DNA of 64,000 nt from an uncultured Prevotellaceae bacterium (GCA_947165675.1 CAMVBJ010000002.1:45570-109569); one strand, 5' to 3'; positions 50,159 to 59,483 are shown, counted from the stretch's first letter. Numbers and translations are program-made. The notes: a model not told the origin generated them from the sequence alone.

Positions 50159-51124
50159 ATGGCAATGGATTATAGCAAGACAATTAATCAGCTCTTTACC
50201 AGGCAACTGCGTGACTGGGATGTGGCTGGGCGCAACTATGCGGCGCTCGGCGATGCTGACGTGCGCACGTTGCAGTTAGGTGAGTCCACGATTATCCTGC
50301 AATATAACCCTGAACGCAGGCGCTCGTCGGCTGCTGCCATCGACAAGAAGTCGTTGTCGGGGCGCAAGTGTTTCTTGTGCACCGACCATCAGCCTGCACG
50401 GCAGAAGTCTATCCTGTGGGGTGACCACTACAAGATTCAGGTCAATCCTTATCCCATCTTCAGGCGCCACCTGACCATCGTTGACTTGAGTCACGTGCCG
50501 CAGCGCTTGGCTGGAAGGGTAGGGGACATGTTGCGACTTGCCGAAGAATTGCCCGATTTTGTCATCTTCTACAATGGTCCCAAGTGCGGAGCTTCTGCTC
50601 CCGATCATGCTCATTTCCAGGCTGGAGCCAAGGGCGAAATGCCCTTGTGTGACGAGATACTGCATGCTACAATTCACCTGCTTGCCGATGGTGATGAGGG
50701 ATTCATCGGTTACTCACGCGAGTTGGGCCGCGGCCTCTTTACTATCGAGACGACCACGATGCGTACAGCCGAGCGTTATATCCTGCGTCTGCTGGACTTG
50801 CTACCGCAACCTGATGGGGCTGATGAGCCCATGGTCAACGTGCTGTGCTGGTGGGATAAGACCGACCACGTGTATCGAACGGCCGTTTTCCCACGGCGCA
50901 AGCACCGCCCTGCCTGCTATGGAGAGGGCGAGGGGCGCTTGCTCGTTAGCCCTGGTTCGACCGAGATGGGTGGCTTGTGGGCTGTTCCGTTGAAGGAGGA
51001 TTTTGACGCGCTCACTGCTGGGCGTGTCCAGGCATTGTATGACGAGCTATGCTTGAGTAGTGATGATATAGCGGCTGTCTTAAATGGCTATAGTCAGCGC
51101 TGGGACAATCCAGTTATTATTTAA
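50159..51124 (+). CDS. DUF4922 protein, HIT/GalT-like nucleotidyl phosphorylase fold
   Basis: QYNPERRRSS, CFLC, VNPYPIF..HLTI, FYNGPKCGASAPDHAHFQ (HxHxQ). Confidence 0.82.
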   Translation: MAMDYSKTINQLFTRQLRDWDVAGRNYAALGDADVRTLQLGESTIILQYNPERRRSSAAAIDKKSLSGRKCFLCTDHQPARQKSILWGDHYKIQVNPYPIFRRHLTIVDLSHVPQRLAGRVGDMLRLAEELPDFVIFYNGPKCGASAPDHAHFQAGAKGEMPLCDEILHATIHLLADGDEGFIGYSRELGRGLFTIETTTMRTAERYILRLLDLLPQPDGADEPMVNVLCWWDKTDHVYRTAVFPRRKHRPACYGEGEGRLLVSPGSTEMGGLWAVPLKEDFDALTAGRVQALYDELCLSSDDIAAVLNGYSQRWDNPVII

Positions 51125-51148
51125 GTTACATATTAAATCGGTAATATA

Positions 51149-52483
51149 ATGGAAAATAAGCAGATTCCTCAAGTGAGGGTGGGCATCATGAATGAACCGA
51201 TGCTCGATGTGGTGTTCAATGGCAACTACCGCGTGAATGGCATGGTTTGTAGTGGTGAGCATCACGTGGCATGTGTGAACGGGCGTGTCGAGTGGAATGG
51301 GCAGCAAAGTGATGAATTGCTGTTTGAACCGATGGATACCGAGGCGGCATCGTTTACTCTCAAGGCTGTGACTATCGGCGTGAGTTTCCACTGGAAACGT
51401 CAGGAGGATCAGACCTTCAAGGGCGCCCTTCACATCATCGTTGAGGATGGCAAGTTGACGCCAGTCAATGTGCTGAGTGTTGAGGACTACCTGTTGAGCG
51501 TTATCTCCAGCGAGATGAGCGCTAACGCTTCGCTTGAACTCTTGAAGGCTCATGCCGTGATTTCACGTAGCTGGCTTCTGGCACAGATTAACACCGAGGA
51601 GACTGTTCATCCCGACGACCGCAATCCTCTTGCTCCTGGTGAAATGATGGATACTCCCGAGGAACTGGTCAAGTGGTGGGACCGTGACGATCACGTCAAC
51701 TTTGACGTGTGTGCCGACGACCACTGCCAGCGCTATCAGGGTATCACCCGCGCCACGACCGACAAGGTAGAGCAGGCCATTCGCTCCACATGGGGACAGG
51801 TGCTCATGCACGGCGGCGCTCTGTGTGACGCCCGCTTCAGCAAGTCGTGCGGCGGCGTGATGGAGGAGTTTGAGAACTGCTGGGAACCGCATCATCACGA
51901 CTACCTGGAGGCGCGTCGTGACGGCAAGGATGAGGCCGATTTTCCCGACCTCACGCGCGAGGACAATGCTGCCGAGTGGATCCTTTCCAGTCCCAGTGCC
52001 TTCTGTAACACGACCGACCCCGCAATCCTCTCCCAAGTCTTGAATGACTACGACCAGGAGACCAAGGACTTCTATCGCTGGAAGGTGGAATATACCCAAG
52101 AGGAACTTGCCCACCTGATTCATGAGCGTACGGGTATTGACTATGGACGTATCCGTGACCTGCAACCCGTGGCTCGTGGCACCAGTGGCAGGCTATATCG
52201 CTTGCGCATCGTCGGTGAGAAGCAGGAACGCATCATCGGCAAGGAACTGACTATCCGCTACGCCTTGTCTCCCTCGTGCTTGTACAGTTCGGCCTTTGTC
52301 GTTGAGAAGCATGGCGTGGGCGAGGATGGCTATCCTGCCAAGTTTGTCCTTCGCGGGGCAGGCTGGGGACATGGTGTGGGGCTTTGCCAGATAGGCGCCG
52401 CCGTGATGGGTGCTCAGGGCTATGACTACAAGCAGATCCTGCTGCACTACTTCGTGGGCGCCACAATCGAGAAACGATACTAA
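51149..52483 (+). CDS. SpoIID/LytB-domain lytic transglycosylase
   Basis: EDYLLSVISSEM, ELLKAHAVISRS, DVCADDHCQRYQG, GWGHGVGLCQIGA. Confidence 0.92.
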   Translation: MENKQIPQVRVGIMNEPMLDVVFNGNYRVNGMVCSGEHHVACVNGRVEWNGQQSDELLFEPMDTEAASFTLKAVTIGVSFHWKRQEDQTFKGALHIIVEDGKLTPVNVLSVEDYLLSVISSEMSANASLELLKAHAVISRSWLLAQINTEETVHPDDRNPLAPGEMMDTPEELVKWWDRDDHVNFDVCADDHCQRYQGITRATTDKVEQAIRSTWGQVLMHGGALCDARFSKSCGGVMEEFENCWEPHHHDYLEARRDGKDEADFPDLTREDNAAEWILSSPSAFCNTTDPAILSQVLNDYDQETKDFYRWKVEYTQEELAHLIHERTGIDYGRIRDLQPVARGTSGRLYRLRIVGEKQERIIGKELTIRYALSPSCLYSSAFVVEKHGVGEDGYPAKFVLRGAGWGHGVGLCQIGAAVMGAQGYDYKQILLHYFVGATIEKRY

Positions 52484-52512
52484 TGATAATCCCTTAAAAA
52501 ACTAACAATACA

Positions 52513-53838
52513 ATGGATCAAGTGACTAAAAGAAGAACTCCGTGGCTATGGATTCCTACGCTCTATTTTGCTGAGGGAATTCCTTACTTCGTTGTGAATA
52601 ATATCTCGGTGCTGATGCTGGCCAAGATGGGTGTCCCCAACGGCCAGATGGCACTGTTTACCAGCTTGCTTTACCTGCCATGGACCATCAAACCCTTCTG
52701 GAGCCCGTTTGTGGATATCATCCGCACCAAGCGATGGTGGACCATCGGCATGCAGGTGCTCATGAGCATCGCGTTCATCCTGCTCACGCTGACGATGCCC
52801 AAGCCCGACGCCGCTACTATTGCATCAGGGCAGACACCCATCAGTATGTTTGCCGTCACGCTAATCCTGTTTGTGATCACAGCATTCGCGTCAGCAACCC
52901 ACGACATTGCTGCCGATGGCTTCTACATGCTGGCCCTGCGGCAAAACGAGCAGGCGGCCTTTGTGGGCATCCGTAGCACGTTCTACCGCTTGTCGTCCAT
53001 CTTTGGCCAGGGCGTGCTCGTGGCCATTGCGGGTGCCATCGAGCTCAAGAACGGCAACATCCCCATGTCATGGACCATCACGATGGGCGTGGCTGCGGTG
53101 CTGTTCAGTGTGATCACGTTATATCACACCTTTGCGATTCCCAGGGTGCAGAATGATGCCTCTACCCTAAAGGATGAAAAACCCACCGCAGGCGCGATCT
53201 TCAAGGAGTTTGGTCGTACGTTTGTGACCTATTTCACTAAGCCTTATGTGTGGCTTGCCATTGTCTTCATGCTGTTGTACCGCTTGCCCGAGGCCTTCTT
53301 GATCAAGATGTGTACGCCATTTCTTGTCGCTGCCAAGGGTGTCGGCGGGTTGGGACTTTCCACCGCCGAGGTTGGCATCGTCTATGGCACCATCGGTGTG
53401 TTAGCATTGACCATCGGTGGCATCCTGGGCGGACTGTTTGCCGCACGGGTGGGTCTGAAGAAATCGCTGTGGTGGATGGCAGCCTGCATGACGTTGCCAT
53501 GTGCTACATTTGTTTATCTTGCCGTTTGCCAACCGACCAATTTGGTCGCAATCTCGGTGGCTATCGCTATTGAGCAGTTTGGTTACGGCTTTGGCTTCAC
53601 GGCCTACATGCTGTACATGATTTACTTCAGCGAGGGCGAGTTTAAGACGTCCCATTATGCCATCTGCACAGCTTTCATGGCACTGAGCATGATGATTCCA
53701 GGCATGTTCGCCGGCTACATTCAGGAGGCGATAGGCTATGCCAACTTCTTCTGGATGGTAATGGTTTGCTGCATCGCTACGTTGATTGTCACCTATCTCG
53801 TTGACCGCCGCATCGACCCCAACTACGGCAAGAAATAA
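52513..53838 (+). CDS. AmpG-like MFS muropeptide transporter
   Basis: LYFAEGIPY, LPWTIKPFWSPFVD, SATHDIAADG; about 12 TM helices. Confidence 0.88.
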   Translation: MDQVTKRRTPWLWIPTLYFAEGIPYFVVNNISVLMLAKMGVPNGQMALFTSLLYLPWTIKPFWSPFVDIIRTKRWWTIGMQVLMSIAFILLTLTMPKPDAATIASGQTPISMFAVTLILFVITAFASATHDIAADGFYMLALRQNEQAAFVGIRSTFYRLSSIFGQGVLVAIAGAIELKNGNIPMSWTITMGVAAVLFSVITLYHTFAIPRVQNDASTLKDEKPTAGAIFKEFGRTFVTYFTKPYVWLAIVFMLLYRLPEAFLIKMCTPFLVAAKGVGGLGLSTAEVGIVYGTIGVLALTIGGILGGLFAARVGLKKSLWWMAACMTLPCATFVYLAVCQPTNLVAISVAIAIEQFGYGFGFTAYMLYMIYFSEGEFKTSHYAICTAFMALSMMIPGMFAGYIQEAIGYANFFWMVMVCCIATLIVTYLVDRRIDPNYGKK

Positions 53839-53854
53839 CTCAACTCTTTTTAAA

Positions 53855-53883
53855 AAACAACTGAATTTTCTGAGTTTTCTGAA
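53855..53883 (+). repeat. Left inverted repeat of the GxxExxY cassette (nonamer-periodic)
   Basis: AAACAACTGAATTTTCTGAGTTTTCTGAA; 27/29 identical to the reverse complement of 54273..54301. Confidence 0.85.
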
Positions 53884-53886
53884 TTC

Positions 53887-54303
53887 ATGACCAATTATTT
53901 ATATCAAAAAGAGACCTATTCAATAAGAGGATGTTTGAATGCTGTATACCAGGAGCTGGGCAGCGGTTTTCTTGAGAAAGTTTATCAAGAAGCTCTTGAA
54001 ATAGAATTTATGGATAGAGGCATACCTTTTAAGCGAGAGGTAAAATTGGATATTTCCTATAAAGGAAGAGTTTTAAAACAGGAGTATATTGCCGATTTTG
54101 TATGTTTTGATAAAATAATTGTCGAACTCAAGGCTGTTTCAAACTTAGATGAAGTACATGATGCTCAAGTATTCAATTATTTGAAGGCCACAGGATATGA
54201 TTTAGCCCTTCTTGTGAATTTTGGTGAGAAGCCGCTCAGAATTAAGAGATTGTTCAACTTCATGAAGAAAAGTTCAGAAAATTCAGATAATTCAGTTGTT
54301 TAA
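53887..54303 (+). CDS. GxxExxY protein (PD-(D/E)XK nuclease-like)
   Basis: LGSGFLEKVYQEAL signature, ADFVCFDKIIVELKA, LLVNFG; visibly more AT-rich than the flanking genes. Confidence 0.95.
   Translation: MTNYLYQKETYSIRGCLNAVYQELGSGFLEKVYQEALEIEFMDRGIPFKREVKLDISYKGRVLKQEYIADFVCFDKIIVELKAVSNLDEVHDAQVFNYLKATGYDLALLVNFGEKPLRIKRLFNFMKKSSENSDNSVV
54273..54301 (-). repeat. Right inverted repeat of the GxxExxY cassette
   Basis: TTCAGAAAATTCAGATAATTCAGTTGTTT; encodes the C-terminal SENSDNSVV of the ORF. Confidence 0.85.
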
Positions 54304-54334
54304 AAACAGTTGTTGAATATAATAATTGATGTTT

Positions 54335-55591
54335 ATGAAGAAGATATTTTTAGCAATCATTGTGAGTGTGCTGGCGGTGGTGACGGCAGGGGCCGTCGTC
54401 AAGCCAGGTGTCGAAGTGCTGCGTGACGGCGGTTTCAAGCCGCTGCAGGGCAAGCGCGTGGGGCTCGTTACCAACCCCAGCGGCATTGACAACAATCTGA
54501 AGAGTACTGTTGACATCCTCAACGAGGCTCCTGGAGTCGAGCTGGTAGCGCTGTTTGGTCCTGAGCATGGTGTCCGTGGCAATGCCCATGCTGGTGATGC
54601 CGTGGGTGATGCTGTTGACCCCATCACGGGTATCAAGATGTACTCGCTGTTCGGCAAGACCCACGAACCCACGGCCGAGATGTTGCGTGACATCGATGTG
54701 CTGGTCTATGACATCCAGGATGTGGGTTGTCGCAGCTACACGTTCTATGCCACGATGGGTGTGTGTATGCAGGCTTGTGCCAAGCACGGTACCGAGTTCA
54801 TGGTGCTGGACCGCCCCAATCCGCTGGGCGGCAACAAGGTGGAGGGTAACCTGGTGGAACCTGGCTATTTCTCGTTTGTCAGTAAATATGCCATCCCCTA
54901 TATCTACGGTTTGACACCTGGCGAACTGGCGATCTTCCTCAACGAGGAGGGCATCATCGGTCAGGAGTCCAAGACTGGCCGCAAGTGCAAGCTCACCGTC
55001 ATCCCCATGCAGGGCTGGACGCGAGATATGAAGTTCCGCGACACGGGTATGCCTTGGGTGGCAACCTCACCTCAGATTCCCACGCCCGAGAGTGCCTTCT
55101 TCTATCCTGTGTCGGGCATCCTGGGTGAACTCTACATCTTTAATACGGGCATCGGCTACACATTGCCGTTCCAGACGTTTGCCGCTTCATGGATCAATGC
55201 CGACTCGCTGGCCATGCGCATGAACGCTTTGAACCTGCCAGGTATGCACTTCCGGCCCATCAATTACAAGCCTTTCTTTGCACTGAGCGTAGCCGTTGAC
55301 AAGACATTACAAGAGGTGCACGGTGTGCAGACTTACATTACCGACCCTGACGCTGCCAACCTGTGCCTGACGCAGTTCTACTTCTTGCAAGTCATCCACG
55401 AGATGTACCCTGGGGTGCAACTGTTCGAGCAGAATGCCAAGCGGTATAACATGTTTGACAAGGTGTGCGGTACCAAGGAGATTCGTGAGCGCTTTATCCA
55501 GCGCTATCGCGTCGAGGACATTGCCGCCTACTGGAACAAGGACGTGGACGTCTTCCGCATCCGTTCAGCCAAATACTACCTGTATAAGTAA
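54335..55591 (+). CDS. namZ: Exo-beta-N-acetylmuramidase NamZ (DUF1343)
   Basis: GLVTNPSG, LFGPEHGVRG, YDIQDVGCRSYTF, LDRPNP; signal peptide. Confidence 0.9.
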   Translation: MKKIFLAIIVSVLAVVTAGAVVKPGVEVLRDGGFKPLQGKRVGLVTNPSGIDNNLKSTVDILNEAPGVELVALFGPEHGVRGNAHAGDAVGDAVDPITGIKMYSLFGKTHEPTAEMLRDIDVLVYDIQDVGCRSYTFYATMGVCMQACAKHGTEFMVLDRPNPLGGNKVEGNLVEPGYFSFVSKYAIPYIYGLTPGELAIFLNEEGIIGQESKTGRKCKLTVIPMQGWTRDMKFRDTGMPWVATSPQIPTPESAFFYPVSGILGELYIFNTGIGYTLPFQTFAASWINADSLAMRMNALNLPGMHFRPINYKPFFALSVAVDKTLQEVHGVQTYITDPDAANLCLTQFYFLQVIHEMYPGVQLFEQNAKRYNMFDKVCGTKEIRERFIQRYRVEDIAAYWNKDVDVFRIRSAKYYLYK

Positions 55592-55621
55592 AGTGATTAA
55601 CCAGACAAGCGCTTGACAATC

Positions 55622-56782
55622 ATGGCTAAAGAGAATAAAAGATTGCTGTCACTTGACATCCTGCGTGGTATCACCATCGCGGGCATGTTGCTCGTGAATA
55701 ATCCTGGCACATGGAGTTACCTGTACCGCCCGCTTGAGCACGCTGAATGGATTGGGCTGACGCCCACCGACTTGGTGTTCCCGTTCTTCATCTTCTGCAT
55801 GGGTGTGTCGATGGCCTTCTCGCTCAAGAAGTTCAACTACAAGCTGTCCGGTCCGTTGATGTGGAAAATAGTGCGTCGTGCTGTCATTTTGTTCCTCATC
55901 GGTTGGGCTGTACAGTGGTTTGGCCACCTGGTGCGTGGCCTGTGCAAGGGTGACCCCTTCAGCGAGGCTGTGAACAATATTGACACGTTGCGCTACTTGG
56001 GTGTATTCCAGCGACTGGCGCTGACCTACTTCTTCGGCTCGCTGTGCGTGGCATTGTTCAACCGCAAGTTCATCCCGTGGCTTGTCGGCTTCATACTTCT
56101 CGCCTATGCTCTGATTCTGGGACTGGGGCACGGTTATGAGTTCTCACTCGACAACATCATTGCTCAGATCGACAATAGCGTGCTGGGCACCGATCACATG
56201 TACCACGAGAGCGCCTATGGCGAGAGCATCTCGTTTGACCCCGAGGGAATCTTGAGTACCCTGCCGTGCATTGCTCATGTGCTCATCGGCTATCTGGTGG
56301 GTCGCATGATTCTCTCGGTCCACAACAATACTGAGCGCGTGACCACGATGCTGCTGTGGGGCACCGTGATACTGCTGGTCGGCTGGCTGTTGCAGTATGG
56401 CATCCCCTGTGGCAAGAAGATGTGGTCATCGACATTCGTGATGATCACCTGTGGCATGGCGATGTGTATCCAGGCCATGCTCATCCACTTTGTTGACATG
56501 AAGGGGCATAAGGGCAGTTGGGCCAGGTTCTTCGAGTCCTTTGGCGTCAATCCGTTAGCCATCTATCTGATAGGTACCATTCTGGCCATCTTGTTTGGCG
56601 CAATTCCATTAGGACACAATGCCGATGGTGATACCGTTACCATTCACAGTGCGGTTTACAATTTCTTCTTGTCGTTCTGCAACGAGTACACGGCATCGGC
56701 ACTATATGCCATCTCGTTTGTGCTGCTCAACTGGGCCATTGGTCACGTCCTGTACAAGAAGAAAATCTTCATCAAGATATAA
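55622..56782 (+). CDS. HGSNAT/NagX-like (DUF5009) membrane acetyltransferase
   Basis: RLLSLDILRG...LVNNPG, TPTDLVFPFF, GVFQRLAL, FDPEGILST, KKMWSSTF. Confidence 0.88.
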   Translation: MAKENKRLLSLDILRGITIAGMLLVNNPGTWSYLYRPLEHAEWIGLTPTDLVFPFFIFCMGVSMAFSLKKFNYKLSGPLMWKIVRRAVILFLIGWAVQWFGHLVRGLCKGDPFSEAVNNIDTLRYLGVFQRLALTYFFGSLCVALFNRKFIPWLVGFILLAYALILGLGHGYEFSLDNIIAQIDNSVLGTDHMYHESAYGESISFDPEGILSTLPCIAHVLIGYLVGRMILSVHNNTERVTTMLLWGTVILLVGWLLQYGIPCGKKMWSSTFVMITCGMAMCIQAMLIHFVDMKGHKGSWARFFESFGVNPLAIYLIGTILAILFGAIPLGHNADGDTVTIHSAVYNFFLSFCNEYTASALYAISFVLLNWAIGHVLYKKKIFIKI

Positions 56783-56874
56783 TCCATCCCACAACAGGGT
56801 CAACGTGTGCAGTGGCTCCGTTGCTGCAACACAACTAACAGCTAACGATAACTAACAACTAATAACCAAATATT

Positions 56875-57723
56875 ATGATGATACTTATTGCAGATTGCGG
56901 CTCCACCAAGATTAACTGGACGCTGCTCAACGGAAAAGAAAAGGTAGCTCAAATCTTCACTACCGGCATGAATGCCCTCCTGCTCACCGAGGAGGAAATG
57001 AAGGAACAAATCAAGCGTGAGTTGATGCCTCACTTGACCAATTATAAAGTGGACGAAATCCATTACTATGGTGCTGGCATCATTTCGGACGAAATCAAGC
57101 AGCAGGTGGTCAATGCCCTGCGTGCCAACTTTGCCAGTGCGGGCAAGATTGAAGTGGCCAGTGACCTGCTCGCAGCGGCACGTGCCGTGTGTGGCCGTGA
57201 GCCTGGTATCGCTTGCATCCTGGGCACGGGTAGCAATTCGTGCTACTACGATGGCGAAAAAGTGGTGATGAATGTCTCCCCCCTGGGCTATATCCTGGGC
57301 GACGAGGGCAGTGGTGCTGTCCTGGGCAAGCTGCTCGTGGGCGATGTGTTGAAGAAGCAGTTGCCTCATCACCTGTGCGTCAAGTTCATGAAGGAGTATA
57401 ACCTGGACTATACGACTATCATCACGTCGGTTTACCGCAAGCCTGCTGCCAATCGTTTCCTGGCGCAGTTCGCTCCCTTCCTGGAACGCAACATCGATGA
57501 ACCTGCAATCCACAACATCGTGTTCCGCTCGTTCACCGACTTCTTTACCCGCAATGTAGCCAGCTACCCCAACTACAAGCTCTTGCCGTGCAACTTTGTC
57601 GGTTCGATCGCACTGTGCGAGAAGGCGGTGCTCAAGGAAGCTGCCGAAGCCTTAGGCATTACAATCGGTTCCATCATCAAGGACCCGATGGAGGGCTTGG
57701 TGAAGTACCACTCAGCGCAGTAG
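56875..57723 (+). CDS. BadF/BadG-type amino-sugar kinase, copy 2 (MurK-like)
   Basis: LIADCGSTK, HYYGAG, ACILGTGSNSC, GYILGDEGSGA; directly upstream of murQ. Confidence 0.88.
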   Translation: MMILIADCGSTKINWTLLNGKEKVAQIFTTGMNALLLTEEEMKEQIKRELMPHLTNYKVDEIHYYGAGIISDEIKQQVVNALRANFASAGKIEVASDLLAAARAVCGREPGIACILGTGSNSCYYDGEKVVMNVSPLGYILGDEGSGAVLGKLLVGDVLKKQLPHHLCVKFMKEYNLDYTTIITSVYRKPAANRFLAQFAPFLERNIDEPAIHNIVFRSFTDFFTRNVASYPNYKLLPCNFVGSIALCEKAVLKEAAEALGITIGSIIKDPMEGLVKYHSAQ

Positions 57724-57824
57724 TAGGGTGGGGCTGCGCCTCAGCGTGGCCCTGAGAAATGGAAATTACGCTTCGTTTTGTAACGGCGTGATGATAGTAG
57801 AAGAATAAAAATTTGATATAGATT

Positions 57825-58646
57825 ATGGCATTTGTGAAAATCAGCGAACAAGAGTCGCTTTACGATAACCTGGAAAAGAAGTCGGTGCACGAGATTCTCA
57901 CCGAGATCAACCAGGAGGACCACAAGGTGGCCGATGCCGTGCAGCAAGCAATTCCGCAGATCGAGAAACTCGTCACGGGCATCGTCGAGCGTATGAAGAA
58001 GGGAGGCCGCATCTTCTATATGGGTGCGGGCACCAGTGGCAGGCTTGGCGTGCTCGACGCCAGTGAGATACCGCCCACATTCGGCATGTCGCCGGGATGG
58101 ATCATCGGTCTGATTGCTGGTGGTGACGTCGCACTGCGCAATGCGGTCGAGAATGCTGAGGATGACACCGAGCAGGGGTGGAAAGACTTGCAGGAGCATA
58201 GAATCACGCCACTCGACACCGTCATCGGCATCGCCGCATCGGGGACGACTCCCTATGTCATCGGTGCCCTGCGTGATGCCCGGGCCAATGGCTGCCTCAC
58301 CGCTGCCATCACCAGCAATCCTGGTGCCCCGGTCAGCGAGGTCGCCGAGATTCCCATCGAGATGATTGTCGGTCCTGAATATGTCACAGGCAGTTCCCGC
58401 ATGAAGAGCGGAACAGGACAGAAGCTCATCTGCAACATGATCTCGACCAGTGTGATGATACAGATGGGGCGTGTCAAGGGCAATAAGATGGTCAACATGC
58501 AGTTGACCAACCAGAAGCTTGTGGACCGTGGTACCCGCTGGATCGTCGAGGAACTCAAGCTCCCCTACGACGACGCCAAGCGCCTGCTCCTGCTCCACGG
58601 TTCGGTCAAGAAGGCCATCGACGCCTATCGTGGTGTCAATAGTTAA
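57825..58646 (+). CDS. murQ: N-acetylmuramic acid 6-phosphate etherase
   Basis: GAGTSGRLG.LDASEIPPTFG, GIAASGTTPYV, GPEYVTGSSRMKSGTGQKL. Confidence 0.96.
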   Translation: MAFVKISEQESLYDNLEKKSVHEILTEINQEDHKVADAVQQAIPQIEKLVTGIVERMKKGGRIFYMGAGTSGRLGVLDASEIPPTFGMSPGWIIGLIAGGDVALRNAVENAEDDTEQGWKDLQEHRITPLDTVIGIAASGTTPYVIGALRDARANGCLTAAITSNPGAPVSEVAEIPIEMIVGPEYVTGSSRMKSGTGQKLICNMISTSVMIQMGRVKGNKMVNMQLTNQKLVDRGTRWIVEELKLPYDDAKRLLLLHGSVKKAIDAYRGVNS

Positions 58647-58761
58647 GGGGATTTCTGTAAATGTTTTATTATTAATTTCGTGTAATTAGTCTAATTAGCG
58701 AAATTAGCGTTAAAAACTTTTAAGGGACAACAGCTATATCGTTCCCTTTATAGAAGTCCCC
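58647..58761. mobile_element. 115-bp MITE-like element with TIRs of the same family as 34780..35021
   Basis: GGGGATTTCTGTAAA ... TTTATAGAAGTCCCC (13/15 inverted match); the right end equals the reverse complement of the first 15 bp of the 34780 element; flanks TTAA/TCAG are not a clean target duplication. Confidence 0.62.
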
Positions 58762-58788
58762 TCAGGGTGTGGTTGTTTCTAACCACCT

Positions 58789-58824
58789 CCAGTAAGTTCA
58801 GTTTATCCAGTAAATCCAGTCTCT
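58789..58824 (+). repeat. Nonamer tandem repeat upstream of the SGNH gene
   Basis: CCAGTAAGT TCAGTTTAT CCAGTAAAT CCAGTCTCT. Confidence 0.6.
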
Positions 58825-58826
58825 CA

Positions 58827-59483
58827 ATGAGAAGAATAGCAATCCTGGCCGTGATGGCACTCATGTGCCTCACGGCTCTGGCCCAGCAGGCCAACCAAGA
58901 CCCCTACTATGCACGTCGTACCACCTTGTTCGACGAGCTGCCCATCGGCAAGAAGGACATCGTCATGCTCGGCAACAGCCTCACTGACGGCTGCGAGTTC
59001 AACGAGTTGCTGGGCAACCGTCACATCAAGAACCGTGGCATTGTCGGCGACATCATCCAGGGCCTCATCGATCGCATCGGTCCCATCATCAAGGGGCAGC
59101 CCAAGAAACTGTTCATCATGAGCGGAGTCAACGATATCTCCCACGATGTCAGCGCCGACAGCATCGCCCGTGCGATGGAGAAGCTCATCGTCATGGTCAA
59201 GCAAGGCTCCCCGCGAACCAAGATTTACCTCCAGAGCCTGCTCCCCTTCAACAACGACGTGCGCGAGTGGAAACTGCTCAAGGGGCGTGACCACGTCGTC
59301 GTCGAGGCCAATGCCCTGCTCGAACAAGTTGCCCGCCGCCAGGGCGTCACGTGGATCAACCTCTACCCCCTGTTCGTTGACGACCAGGGTCGCCTCCGCG
59401 CCGACCTCACCAACGACGGCCTCCACCTCATGGGCAAGGGCTACCTCATCTGGCGCGACGCCATCAAGCCATACATCAAGTAA
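58827..59483 (+). CDS. SGNH/GDSL-family esterase
   Basis: Signal peptide; blocks GNSLT, NRGIVGD, GVND, NDGLH. Start placed at MRRIAI. Confidence 0.88.
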   Translation: MRRIAILAVMALMCLTALAQQANQDPYYARRTTLFDELPIGKKDIVMLGNSLTDGCEFNELLGNRHIKNRGIVGDIIQGLIDRIGPIIKGQPKKLFIMSGVNDISHDVSADSIARAMEKLIVMVKQGSPRTKIYLQSLLPFNNDVREWKLLKGRDHVVVEANALLEQVARRQGVTWINLYPLFVDDQGRLRADLTNDGLHLMGKGYLIWRDAIKPYIK

